Assembly (NCBI RefSeq): GCF_006345805.1
Contig: NC_043007.1
Coordinates: 26,288,001 to 26,352,000 of the forward strand
Length of the DNA: 64,000 nucleotides
Origin: Octopus sinensis
Lineage: Eukaryota
Direction of reading: 5' to 3'
Of the stretch, positions 52,040 through 64,000 are shown piece by piece. Below the pieces are notes generated by a model that saw only the letters and a list, made by a program, of their open reading frames with translations, was not told the DNA's origin and made no database searches. The translations under genes were made by a program, and so were the position numbers. Every line of letters starts with the position of its first letter. Position 1 is the stretch's first letter.

Positions 52040-52465
52040 TATTTCTTTACTACCCACAAGGGGCTAAACCCAGAGGGGGACAAACAAGGACAGACAAATA
52101 GATTAAGTCGATTACAGCGACCCCAGTGCGTAACTGGTACTTAATTTATCGACCCCGAAAGGATGAAAGGCAAAGTCGACCTCGGCGGAATTGAACTCAC
52201 ACAAACGTACGGCAGACGAAATACCTATTTCTTTACTACCCACAAGGGGTTAAACATAGAGGGGACAAACAAGGACAGACAAATAGATTAAGTCGATTAC
52301 ATCGACCCCAGTGCGTAACTGGTACTTAAATTATCGACCCCGAAGGATGACAACCCGACGGCAAACAAGTCGACCTCGGCAGGAATTTGAACTCAGAACA
52401 TAACGGCAGACGAAATACCGCTAAGCATTTCGCCCGGCGTGTTAACGTTTCTGCCTGTTCGCCGC
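52040..52465 (-). mobile_element. SINE family B head plus two tandem bodies
   Basis: Junction GGCAGACGAAATAC|CTATTTCTTTACTACC; imperfect flanking repeat CCACAACTACC / CCACAGCTACC. Confidence 0.88.
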
Positions 52466-52469
52466 CACC

Positions 52470-52945
52470 ACAGCTACCACTACAAACACCACAACCACCA
52501 TAACAACCACCACTACAACCACCACAACCACCACCACTACAACGACCACCACAACCACAACTACAAAACCCACCAATATTACTACAACCAAAGCTTCAAA
52601 CAACTACCACCACCATCACAACCACCATCACCACAACAACCCGCACCGCAACCAACGCTACCACAATCATTACCATCACCACCACCACCACCACCACCAC
52701 CGCCACCACCACCACCACCACCACCAGCATCACCACCACCACCACCAGCATCACCACCACCACCACCACCACCACCATCACCACCACCACCCACCACCAC
52801 CACCGCCACCACCACCACCACCACCACCACCAGCATCACCACCACCACCACCACCACCACCGCCACCGCCGCCACCACCACCACCACCACCACCACCACC
52901 GCCGCCGCCACCACCACTACTACTATAAACAACTGCAACAACCAT
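52470..52945. repeat. (CAC)n-rich microsatellite
   Basis: Directly visible. Confidence 0.95.
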
Positions 52946-53199
52946 CATACCTATTTTTACTCTACTTACATTTCCCCCACCATTTTACCCGAACAAAATT
53001 TACAACACTTAAAGCCCCTTGCCCAGTGATTCTCAAATGGGGTTCTTGGGGTTCTTGTGACCATCAGGAAGTAAGGGTCCTTATAATATCGTGCTGTTAA
53101 AATTTATGTCCAGTCAACTGTTTATACTTTTAAAATACAAAAAAGTTTTTGATACATTTCCTAATAATGTCATTCTAATTAGCAAATAGCTACGTGGTA

Positions 53200-53510
53200 A
53201 GAGAAGACGCAATGGCCCAGTGGTTAGGGCAGCGGACGACGGTCGGGGGATCACGGTTTCGATTCTCAGACCGGACGTTGTATGAGTTTATTGAGTGAAA
53301 ACACCTAAAGCTCCAAGAGGATCCGGCGGGGAGTGGTGATGACCCCCGTTGTACTCTTTCACCCCAACTTTCTCTCACTCTTTCTTCCTGTTTCCTGAGT
53401 AACGCTGTGATGGACTGGTGTCCCGTCCAGCTGGGGGGGGGGTACATATACCACAGAATCCGGGAAACCAGGCCCATGAGCCTGGCTAGGCTTGAAAAGG
53501 GCGCATAAAA
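53200..53510 (+). mobile_element. SINE family A2
   Basis: Family-A head and middle (GCAATGGCCCAGTGG..CACCTAAAGCTCC..CAACTTTCTCTCACTCT) with tail GATGGACTGGTGTCCCGTCCAG..CCGGGAAACC. Confidence 0.8.
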
Positions 53511-53511
53511 A

Positions 53512-53935
53512 ATGTGGTAAGAAAGTTTGCTTCCCAACAACATGCTTCTGGGTTCAGTCCTACTGCATAGTAAATTGGCGAAGTTCCTTCAATTATAGCG
53601 TCGGGCCGACTAAATCTTTGTAAGTGAATTTAGCAGACGGAAACTGAAAGAATCCTGTCGTGTATATATTTATGTGTGTGTGTGTGTATTTGTATGTTTG
53701 CGCGTACGCGAGTTTGTGTGTGTGTGTGTGTGTGTGTTGTGTGTGTCTTTGAGTCTGTGTTTGTTCCCCCACCATCGCTTGCTGTGTTTACGTCCCCGTA
53801 AACTAGCGGTTCAGCAAAAGAGGCCGATAGAATAAGTAATAGGCTTTTGAAATAAGTATTGGATTCAACTAAAATTCTTCAAAGCGGTGCCCCAGCATGG
53901 CCACAGTCTAATGACTGAGACAAATGAAAAATAGA
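53512..53935 (+). mobile_element. SINE family D, degenerate full length
   Basis: GTGGTAAGAAAGTTTGCTTCCCAAC head; GCGGTGCCCCAGCATGGCCACAGTCTAATGACTGA tail. Confidence 0.8.
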
Positions 53936-53974
53936 TGATATAATAAGATTTTACTCTCCATAAGTACCAAATTT

Positions 53975-54185
53975 TATTTTGGCACTTATGGAAACAACTG
54001 TCTTTGAAGACTCATATTGTCGTTCAGTGCTCGAAATGAGGAGTAGATAGACAGCTGACAACTGACGAAGGGTTTATATTCTTGTTTTCCATTTGTTTCT
54101 CTCGTTGTTTGCGTAGCGAACCCATTTGCTTTTGTATTTATTGTTGTTTACTGTTGGTGACGTCCTGTACCCATATATGCTTTTA
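53975..54185 (+). mobile_element. Degenerate repeat related to 7400-7690, ending in a TA-rich tract
   Basis: Shared motif order and GTCCTGTACCCATATATGC end. Confidence 0.4.
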
Positions 54186-54196
54186 TATATATATAT

Positions 54197-54254
<58 letters not shown>

Positions 54255-54259
54255 TATAC

Positions 54260-54645
54260 CCTTTACTTGTTTCAGTCATTTGACTGAAGCACCGCCTTTA
54301 GTCGAGCAAATCGACCCCAGAGCTTATTCTTTGTAAGCCCAGTACTTATTCTATCGGTCTCTTTTGCCGAACCGCTAAGTTACGGGGACGTAAACACACC
54401 AGCATCGGTTGTCAAGCAATGCTAGAGGGACAAACAGACACACAAACATATACACACACATACATATATATATACATATATACGACAGGCTTCTTTCAGT
54501 TTCCGTCTACCAAATCCACTCACAAGGCTTTGGTCGGTCCGAGGCTATAGCAGAAGTCACTTGCCCAAGATGCCACGCAGTGGGACTGAACCCAGAACCA
54601 TGTGGTTGGTTAGCAAGCTACTTACCACACAGCCACTCCTGCGCC
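54260..54645 (-). mobile_element. SINE family D, full length
   Basis: CCACACAGCCACTCCT head (minus), CACTTGCCCAAG CORE-like segment, CTTGTTTCAGTCATTTGAC tail. Confidence 0.88.
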
Positions 54646-54677
54646 TATATATTTAATATATATATATGTATATTAAT

Positions 54678-54927
54678 TTGCAGAAAAATGTGTCGCCAGC
54701 CAGCCATGAGACTCGAAATCACCCCTGTAATTATGCGTCGTAGTGCTCTACCTTTAAGCTACACTATCCCAACAACAAATTCTTATAAAGTGAGATTTAT
54801 TTATCCTAAATTTTCAAAAGGATTTGTTGTTGTAACAGTTTAACTTGAAGGTAGAGCACTGCAACGCGTAATCACAAGGGTGTGACTTCGAGTCTCATCG
54901 CAGGCCGTCGACACATTTTTCTGCAAA
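54678..54927. mobile_element. Fold-back (MITE-like) element with ~100-bp imperfect inverted arms containing tRNA-like sequence
   Basis: TTTGCAGAAAAATGTGTCG..ATGAGACTCGAA..GTGCTCTACCTT..AACAACAAAT mirrored by ATTTGTTGTT..AAGGTAGAGCAC..TTCGAGTCTCAT..CGACACATTTTTCTGCAAA. Confidence 0.7.
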
Positions 54928-55046
54928 ATATGGGTAATTTATCTCGTGCATGAAATATTATTAGCGTTATCCTGCGTTTGAGAATAAAAAATTACTTCCT
55001 TAAATTTCTAGACATCTCAACGCCTCTAAAGCAAACTTTGTTTACT

Positions 55047-55087
<41 letters not shown>

Positions 55088-55449
55088 TTGAATATATAGA
55101 AAATAGTAAAAAGTGAAAAAACTACAGAAGGCTTGTTTTAAAAGGTTAAAAAATATATATTTGAGTCGTTATGTCAGAAGAATGTTATAAATTGTTTTCA
55201 TACAATGACACCGGAAGAAATCACTTATTACCTCCCCTTACCTGGAACTCTTCTTTACACTTCTCAACGAAATCATAACGATGTAAGAAATTTGAAAAGC
55301 TGAACGCGAAACCGGTCATTTCTTCAAAAACTATGTCATTGTATATATATATATATAGGCTGTGGCGGTCCATCTGAATAACATAGGGACCAGAGGGATA
55401 AATAAGTAAAAGATGGCTGAGAACTACTGATCTAGTCTATCGTCCACAA

Positions 55450-56280
55450 CTGTCATCACCTATACCACCACCACAAACATTATGAACATCATTATTATCA
55501 TCATCATTATCATCATTATCATCATCATCACCATCATCATCATTATCACCATTATCATCATCATCGTCATCACCATTATCATCATCATTATCACCACCGC
55601 TGGCAACACCACCCTTTTATCCACTTTTGATACTACCTCCAGTACAATGAACATTACGGCCAACACCACGAACACCACCTCGAAAACCACCTCCAGCAGC
55701 ACTACAGACACCAATACCACCAGAAACACCACTTCCAACAACATTACAAACACCACCTCCAACACCACTACAAACACCACTTCCAACAACACTACAAACA
55801 CCATCTCCAACTCTAATACAAACACCACCTCCAACACCACTACGAACACCACTTCCAAAGCCACTGCAACAACGCTACAAACATCATCTCCAACTCTAAT
55901 ACAAACACCACCTCTAACACCACTAGCAACACTATCTCCAACACCCCCTCCAACACTACCTCCAACACCACCTCCAACACCACCTCCAATACCACCTCCA
56001 ATACCACCTCCAGCACCACTACCAGCATTACCTCCAACACTACCACTACCACCGCCACCACCAACAGCATCTGACATACCACCACAACTAACCTTACCCC
56101 GACATTCTCCCCCAGCATCTCCACTACCATTACCACCGCCACTAACGACACTGTCAAAGCTACCTCCAATATCATCACAACACCACCAGTAACCTCCATC
56201 GTTAATATTACCTCCATCACCACCACAACTACTAACCATCAACAGTACCTCTAGTGCCACCACTGTCACCACCTATCTTA
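55450..56280. repeat. (CAT)n microsatellite grading into a 12-bp minisatellite (AACACCACCTCC-like)
   Basis: Directly visible 12-bp periodicity at 55660-56050. Confidence 0.85.
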
Positions 56281-56603
56281 TTTTGCCTTTCCACAACCTC
56301 TACCACACTGTCTGAAAACCCAACCACTTCCACTAGAACTCATACACGCATTTCCATTAAACTTAGCAACAACAACAACAAAACCACTACTAACACTAAC
56401 ACCCATACTATCTTACTGGCACAAATATGACTTTTACTTGAACATTATCATCAATATTGCCAGATCAGCTTCCAAGCTATTCCCCACTACGATATTAGAT
56501 TCAACATGACCCCTATATATAGATATAGGGGTTCAGAAACCCGGGTCTGTGTGCATCACGTAAAGCTGAGATGGTAGCGATGACCTCCCCTCGCAAATAA
56601 AGC

Positions 56604-57025
56604 GCAGGAGTGACTGTGTGGTAAGTAGCTTGCTTCCCAACCACATGGTTCCGAGTTCAGTCCTACTGTGTGGCACATTGGTCAGGTGTCTTCTTCTATA
56701 GCCTCGGACCGACCAAAGCCTTGTGGATGGACTTGGTAGACGGAAACTGAAAAATATTCGTCGTATATCTGTGTGTATTTGTGTATGTGTGTGTGTCTGT
56801 GTTGGTCCCCACCACCACCACCCCCACCATCGCTTGACCAGCGATGTTGCTGCGTATACGTCCCCGTAACCTAGCAGTTCGGTAAAAGAGACCAATAGGA
56901 TAAGTACTAGGATAAGTACAAAGAATATGTCCTGGGGTCGATTTGTTCGACTAAGTGACGGTGCTCCAACATAGTCGCAGTCAAATTTCTGCAACAAATT
57001 AAAGAATATATATATATATATATAT

Positions 57026-57057
<32 letters not shown>

Positions 57058-57461
57058 GCGTAGGAGTGGCTGTGTGGTAAGTAGCTTGCTAACCAACCAC
57101 ATGGTTCCTGGTTCAGTCCCACTGCGTGGCATCTTGGGCAAGTGTCTTCTGCTATAGCCCCGGGCCGACCAATGCCTTGTGAGTGGATTTGGTAGACGGA
57201 AACTGAAAGAAGCCTGCGTATAATATGTATATATATATGTGTGTGTGTGTGGTGTGTGTTTGTGGTGTGTTTGTGTAGTGTTGACTTGACAACCGATGCT
57301 GGTGTGTTTACGTCCCCGTCACTTAGGGTTCGGCAAAAAGAGACCGATAGAATAAGTACTGGGCTTACAAAGAATAAGTCCCGGGGTCGATTTGCTCGAC
57401 TAAAGGCGGTGCTCCAGCATGGCCGCAGTCAAATGACTGAAACATGTAAAAGAGTAAAAGA

Positions 57462-57462
<1 letters not shown>
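56604..57462 (+). mobile_element. Two consecutive SINE family D copies (56604-57005, 57059-57462)
   Basis: Both begin (T/C)AGGAGTG(G/A)CTGTGTGGTAAGTAGCTTGC; CORE-like and tail motifs in each. Confidence 0.88.
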
Positions 57463-57503
<41 letters not shown>

Positions 57504-57504
57504 G

Positions 57505-57571
<67 letters not shown>

Positions 57572-57919
57572 CGACCCCTATTACTACCCTTGCACCAATA
57601 TTACAATTATGAACATCTGGCCTGACTAAGCTCTCAACGAAGCAACAACTTACCCGACCCCTTCATTACAGTTTTGCCACTAGGATTAACCACCAACCAC
57701 CACTACCACCTCTACCACCGCAAGTACCACAGTAACCACCACCTAATCCTACCCATGCTCTCTTAATTTCTTACCCTCCCCGCCACATGCACATGCGCAC
57801 ACATTACGTGATTACGCGCAGGCAGACCTTAAAAGTCACCTATACCTCCACCACAACTCTGCTAACATCATCGGCACCACCGCCACCAAACCCATCATTA
57901 TCAACAGAAGCAACCACTA

Positions 57920-57939
57920 CCACTATTACTACTACCACA

Positions 57940-57997
<58 letters not shown>

Positions 57998-57999
57998 AC

Positions 58000-58048
<49 letters not shown>

Positions 58049-58140
58049 GCTACTACTACTACTACGACTACTACTACTGCTAACAGTAACACCACCAGTA
58101 CCACTGATACCACTACCACCACCGCCAGTACCATTAGTTA
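57920..58140. repeat. Compound CTA/TAA microsatellite
   Basis: Directly visible. Confidence 0.9.
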
Positions 58141-59721
58141 CACCGTCAGTAACTCTACCACCAACATCACCACCATCGCTACCTTAACACCAGGCCAACA
58201 CCGCTAACAACCGTCACCTCAATTCCATAATTTCGCTTCCATAAAAACTCCGCTTTTTTTTTTCCTAACCCAATCTGCCTATCACCACCATCATCATCAT
58301 CATCATCGTTATCATTATCATCATCATCATCATAACCATCGCCACCAGCAGCAACAACAACAACAACAACAACAACATGTACACAATAACAAAACACAAC
58401 AATATCAACATCAAGACTACTGGCCCCTTTTTCACCAGCTTTCCACCTTCCAACCAACCCCCAATGCTCCAACTTCCGATTTGAACTTCTAAACTTCCTC
58501 CACACCGGTCTCTCTCCTCAAATCTCTTCTTACACCACCACCACCACCACCACCTCTCTCTCTCTCTCTCCCTCTCGCTCTTTCTCTCATCCATAGCTTC
58601 ATTATCGTGAAAACACAGCGCGGATTAAGCTGAGTTGATTAAGTAACGCGGCTAACGTTAGCTATAATAATATTATTATAGTTAATACCCATGTCCCCTC
58701 TCTTTCTTGCAGTCTTTCTTTTTGTCTTTTTTTACGTTCTTTCTTTCTTTTCTTTCCTGTCCGACTTTCTTCTTTCCTTCCTTCCTTCCTTCCTTCCTTT
58801 CGTTTTTGTCTTTCTTTCCTTTAAGCCATTTCTTTTTACACCGAGCGTTTATCAGCGGTTATAACAACAATCACACTCTAAGACGATAACAATACCAACA
58901 TTGACAACAACAACAACAACAGCAACAAAAGCAGCTGCAACAACAACAGCAACATCAACAACAGCAACAACAATAACAACAACAACAACGGCACCCATTG
59001 CCAAACAACCAAGCAGCAAAGTACATTACCTACAACACACGAGAAGAAATATAACGCCTTCCAAAACCGTTATCAGTCTCTCGCTCAGAACCATCTATAA
59101 GTACAAATTAAATCAACTCACAAATACATCTGTAACTACACGTACATACACCAGACAGAGACATCGAAAACTTTACATATAATTAACCCTCAGACACTTG
59201 GATGTGCAATCAACATCCAAATACTCATCCCTCTACAACTATAGATATAATCCATCCCCAAAAACATTTACGACTACAAAGAAAACAACATTCAGGAACG
59301 TAGACATCACATGCAACCAACATGCATTTTAATAATACACTCCCTGTCATACGCTATGTAGGGCACGTTCCTACTCCTGTTCCGAAGGCACATGGAAATT
59401 CTCAAATTCTCCGTTATTAGCGAAACAGCCGTAGATTACTTTCAACCTTAGTCTACCTTTAATGTATTCTTTGAGCAAGGAGGTACTATCTTTTGCAACG
59501 GATCTTGTCTATATTTCTACTTTTAAAGAGCGGACACAGTGAGTAGTTTTTCAAAACCCTCTCTGAATGCCTATTTTAAGAAAATAAGAAAGAGTGAAAT
59601 GAAAGAGAGTAAAAAGCAGAATCAGCACTTTATTGGTACTTTTTCGAAACCCATATTGTGGGATTTGAATTTAGAACATAAAGAACTAAGACAATTATCG
59701 CGACGTTCCTAGTTGGGAAGA

Positions 59722-60045
59722 TCCCCAGACCGGTCGTTGTGAGTGTTTATTGAACGAAAACACCTAAAGCTCCACGAGACTCCGGCAGGGGATGGTGGTG
59801 ATCCCTGCTGTACTCTTTCACCACAACTTTCTCTCACTCTTACTTCCTGTTTCTCTTGTACCTGTATTTCAAAGGGCCGGCCTTGTCACTCTCTGTGTCA
59901 CGCTGAATATCCCCGAGAACTACGTTAAGGGTACACGTGTCTGTGGAGTGCTCAGCCACTTACACGTTAATTTCACGAGCAGGCTGTTCCGTTGATTCGG
60001 ATCAACCGGAATCCTCGTCGTCGTAACCGACGGAGTGCTTCCATC
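59722..60045 (+). mobile_element. 5'-truncated SINE family A
   Basis: Begins at CCCAGACCGG; body nearly identical to other family A copies. Confidence 0.9.
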
Positions 60046-60079
60046 CATCCACGGCTTTCACATCTAATTTAATGAAATA

Positions 60080-60455
60080 AAGAAGCTTGCTTCCCAGCCA
60101 TATGGTTCCGGGGTTCAGTCTCACTGCGTGTCACCTTGGGCAAGTGTCTTCTACTACAGCTTAGAGTCGACCAAAGCCTTGTGAATGGAAACTGAAAGAA
60201 GCCCGCCGTCTGTGTGTGTGTGTGTTTGTCGTACTATCACCGCTTGATAACCGGTACTGGTGTGTTTACGGCCCCGTAACTTAGCCTTTCGGCAAAAGTG
60301 ACCGATAGAGTAAGTGCCAGGTTTAAAAAATACTTTTAAAAGTTTTGGAGGTGGATTCATTCGACTAAAATTTTTCAAGGCGTTGCTCCAGCAAGGTCGC
60401 AATCTAATGACTGAAAACAAGTAAAATGAACGTGATAAAATAAAAATATATATAC

Positions 60456-60534
<79 letters not shown>

Positions 60535-60763
60535 TCGTACCATCACCGCTTGATAACCGGTGCTGGTGTGTTTACGGCCCCGTAACTTAGCCTTTCGGCA
60601 AAAGTGACCGATAGAGTAAAGTGCCAGGTTTTAAAAATACTTTTAAAAGTATTGGGGATGGAATCATTCGACTGAAGTTTTTTCAAGGCCTTGCCCCAGC
60701 ATGGTCACAATCTAATGACTGAAAACAAGAAAAATGAACGTGATAAAATAAAAATATATATAC

Positions 60764-60834
<71 letters not shown>

Positions 60835-61064
60835 TCGTACCATCACCGCTTGATAACCGGTGCTGGTGTGTTTACGGCCCCGTAACTTAGCCTTTCGGCA
60901 AAAGTGACCGATAGAGTAAAGTGCCAGGTTTAAAAAATACTTTTAAAAGTATTGGGGATGGAATCATTCGACTAAAGTTTTTTCAAGGCGTTGCCCCAGC
61001 ATGGTCACAATCTAATGACTGAAAACAAGTAAAATGAACATGATAAAATAAAAATATATATACT

Positions 61065-61142
<78 letters not shown>

Positions 61143-61233
61143 GTACCATCACCGCTTGATAACCGGTGCTGGTGTGTTTACGGCCCCGTAACTTAGCCTT
61201 TCGGCAAAAGTGATAAAATAAAAATATATATAC

Positions 61234-61262
<29 letters not shown>
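60080..61262 (+). repeat. SINE-D copy followed by a tandem array of its 3' half (~300-bp period) separated by (GT)n
   Basis: Units at 60225-60455, 60531-60762, 60831-61063 and deleted unit 61143-61233, all ending GTGATAAAATAAAAATATATATACTTG. Confidence 0.92.
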
Positions 61263-61266
<4 letters not shown>

Positions 61267-61469
61267 TCACCAGGGAGAGAATGAGTTGAACGAACGAGTG
61301 AGTGAGTGAATAAGAGAACATGTGTCAAAGAAGAGCAATGTCCTTTTAGAGTAATGAGAAGGAGGTAATCACAGGAGACAGGAAACGCATTTTCTTCGTT
61401 TTCCGTTTCTACCTCTACACACAAACATACACACATTATGTCACGTATGTGTAATTACACACACACACA

Positions 61470-61650
61470 AACACACACATATATATATATATGTATATAC
61501 ACACAAACACACACGTATGTGTATACATATATATATGTATATACAATATATATATATATGTATATATATATATATTTATCTATATGTATATATATATATG
61601 TTATATATATGTATATATATGTATCTATATGTATATACATATATGTATAT

Positions 61651-61698
<48 letters not shown>

Positions 61699-61699
61699 C

Positions 61700-61730
<31 letters not shown>

Positions 61731-61734
61731 CATA

Positions 61735-61776
<42 letters not shown>

Positions 61777-61960
61777 TAAGCACATTCATGCAATTTCTAT
61801 CAAGGTGACTTTGGACTAATAATTTAGTAACTGATTGTTAGTATCAGCATTATATATATATTATATTATATTATATTATATATATTATATATATATATAT
61901 ATATTATATATATATATATATGTTATATGTATATATATATATATATATATACATACATAT
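61470..61960. repeat. TA-rich microsatellite region
   Basis: Directly visible. Confidence 0.9.
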
Positions 61961-62164
61961 ATACACGCGAGCACACACGCTTGGACAGACATACACATGT
62001 ATGTCAATTATTTTCCAGATATTGACGGCTTTATTCGTTATCCTATTATTCACATTATTTATATATTTATATAATGCCGGTGAGTGACAATATGACGTGT
62101 ACAGGACCAGTGGTTCAGTGAAACAAATCTGTAGAACGAACCACTTTTATGTCTTGCTTTATTT

Positions 62165-62650
62165 TGTGGTGGTGTTGGTGTTGGTGCTGGTGCTGGTGCT
62201 GGTGATGGTTGTGGTGGTGGTGGTGGGGGGTGGGGGGGTATTGGTGGTGGTGGTATTAGTGGTGGTCGTGGTTGTGGTGGTGGTGGTGGTGGTGGTGGTG
62301 GTTGGATGGTGGTGGTTGGAATGGTGGTGGTGATGATGGTGGTGATGGTGGTGGTGGTGGTGGTGGTGGGGGTGGTGGGGGTATTGGTGGTGGTGGTATT
62401 AGTGGTGGTCGTGGTTGTGGTGGTGGTCGTCGTGGTGGTGGTGGTGGTGGTTGGAATGGTGGTGGTGGTGGTGGTGGTGGTGGTCGTCGTCGTCGTCGTC
62501 GTCGTGGCTGTGGTGTTGCTGGACGTGGTGGTGGAAGGGTGACTGTCGTGGTGTTAGTGATCGTGATTGTGGTGCTTGTGGTGGTGGTTGTAGTGGTGGT
62601 GGTCATGGTGGTGGTGGTGATCATGGTGGTGATGGTAATGTTGGTGGTAG
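62165..62650. repeat. (GGT)n-rich microsatellite with internal ~140-bp duplication
   Basis: GGGGGTATTGGTGGTGGTGGTATTAGTGGTGGTCGTGGTTGTGG occurs twice. Confidence 0.85.
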
Positions 62651-63111
62651 GAGAGTTGAAACGATCGAATACACCCTTCCCCCCACAAGGGTGTCATCCC
62701 CAACTTAGCTTAAAAATTAGAATTGGCAGAATCGTTGGAGCATCCTAGAAAGTATCTTGCGATAATTCCTAGAACATTTACATTCTAAGTTCAAATACCA
62801 CCAAGATCAGATTTACCCATTACATCCTTCCGCGACCGATAAAGCACCGTAGTAGCTAAGTACTCTGATCGATATAACAGATTGTGTCTTTCCTCATAAA
62901 ATTTCTGGATCTTTTACCTATGATAGAAATTTATGGAGATGGAATGATGAAATCAGTGGAGCGCCGAAGAAAATTCAAATGCATTACAGTATTTGATCTG
63001 ATTCTTTACGGTCTAAATTTAAAGGCTTCCAAATTCAAATTTGCATTACTGCATTCTAAGGTCAATAAAATAGAGTACCATTCAAGGCCAATTCAAAGAA
63101 AAGGAACTGCT

Positions 63112-63210
<99 letters not shown>

Positions 63211-63414
63211 GAAGGTTTAAAAATGCAATTTTAAAGATGTTTATTCACTTGTCCGGTTTCACATTTTTAGAAAAAGATTGTCCATTTTCAAACCTTCTTT
63301 CATATATATTTTCCACTCGTGATGTACCTTACATCTTCACTTTGTTATATATATAAGGATAAAATAGTTATTTAAATACCGTGGCCAACATGGGAATAAA
63401 AACCTTCAAAGGTA

Positions 63415-63640
63415 ATGATTATTATCTAAATTATAATTTAGAGTATCTAAGAGATACCACCTGGCTGAAAATAACAGCCGAAACTTAACTCTAAAATCAG
63501 GTTAAATGTTCATACAGCACAAGGAGAGAAGACAAAGAAACAAAATAAACTAGCAAAAAAAAATTACTGGATATTCCAGATCCCGGATTTCTGACTCTGC
63601 ATAAGAAATGCTTTGCCTTCATTCAACAGTGGAACATACT

Positions 63641-63645
<5 letters not shown>
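63415..63645 (-). mobile_element. Third copy of the 29-kb hammerhead-bearing repeat; core disrupted by a 4-bp insertion
   Basis: Minus: GTTCCA-CTG[TTGA]ATGA-AGGCAAAGCATTTCTTATGCAGAGTCA-GAAA-TCCGGGA-TC-TGGAAT; abuts (TA)n. Confidence 0.8.
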
Positions 63646-63689
<44 letters not shown>

Positions 63690-63799
63690 AGAAAGTTTAT
63701 AATTATGAACAAGCAAGTCACAATTATAACTAAGAAGGTTTCACCCCCCCCCCACACACACACACAAACACACACAAACACACACACGTATAGATGCAG

Positions 63800-63965
63800 G
63801 CGGGGAAGTGTGGTAAGAAGTTTGCTTATCAATTACATAGTTTGGCGGTCAGTTTCATAGCACATCACCTTGGGCAAGTGCCTTCTACTACATCTCCGGG
63901 GTAAATAAAGCCATTGTAAGCGGATTTAGTAGACGAAAAAAAAAAGGGGAAAAAGTGCGTCGTGC
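63800..63965 (+). mobile_element. Degenerate SINE family D 5' half
   Basis: GTGTGGTAAGAAGTTTGC..CACCTTGGGCAAGTGCCTTCTACTAC..GGATTTAGTAGACG. Confidence 0.7.
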
Positions 63966-64000
63966 ATATCTATTCTTTTGATCCTTAAGGGGTTGATGAA

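Noticed and set aside
53985-54075. Hammerhead-like layout (also 7465-7535)
   Set aside because: C3 and the UH triplet are not recoverable in these copies; kept only as degenerate repeats, not called ribozymes
55482-56192. 236-aa Thr/Asn/Pro-rich mucin-like ORF (and similar ORFs at 49827, 51070, 52439, 6385, 62272)
   Set aside because: Translations of tri- and 12-nucleotide repeats that are open in several frames and on both strands; no splice or domain evidence
60225-61262. Repeat-spacer-like array resembling CRISPR
   Set aside because: Eukaryotic context; units are ~230-bp SINE halves with (GT)n spacers; no cas genes

Overview
Repeat-saturated eukaryotic genomic DNA. The tRNA-derived SINE families and extreme microsatellite load resemble a cephalopod, most likely Octopus (inference, no database search). 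I found no confidently supported host protein-coding gene, rRNA, true tRNA or CRISPR array. Almost all supplied ORFs are translations of microsatellites or SINEs. The real coding relics are all transposon-derived: two Dong/R4-like (RLE) LINE fragments, a probable HERO/NeSL-like N-terminus, two CR1-like 3' ends, three Tx1/L1-like fragments, an RTE-like relic and two Tc1/mariner relics. There are at least five tRNA-headed SINE families (my labels A, A2, B, C, D), several with clear TSDs and nested insertions, plus a Helentron/HINE-like element and one 100-N gap. The most interesting signal is a set of five unrelated short elements, each carrying a minimal type I hammerhead ribozyme fold. Most sit in partial inverted or tandem arrangements beside (TA)n arrays, as expected for Penelope-like pseudo-LTRs. 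One is a tRNA-headed SINE with a hammerhead in its body. Other notable events are self-targeting by SINE-B, a tail-less Tx1 endonuclease fragment flanked by a 17-bp TSD, a templated patch filling a Tx1 deletion, and a young satellite built from SINE halves. Ribozyme folds were paired by eye and are untested.
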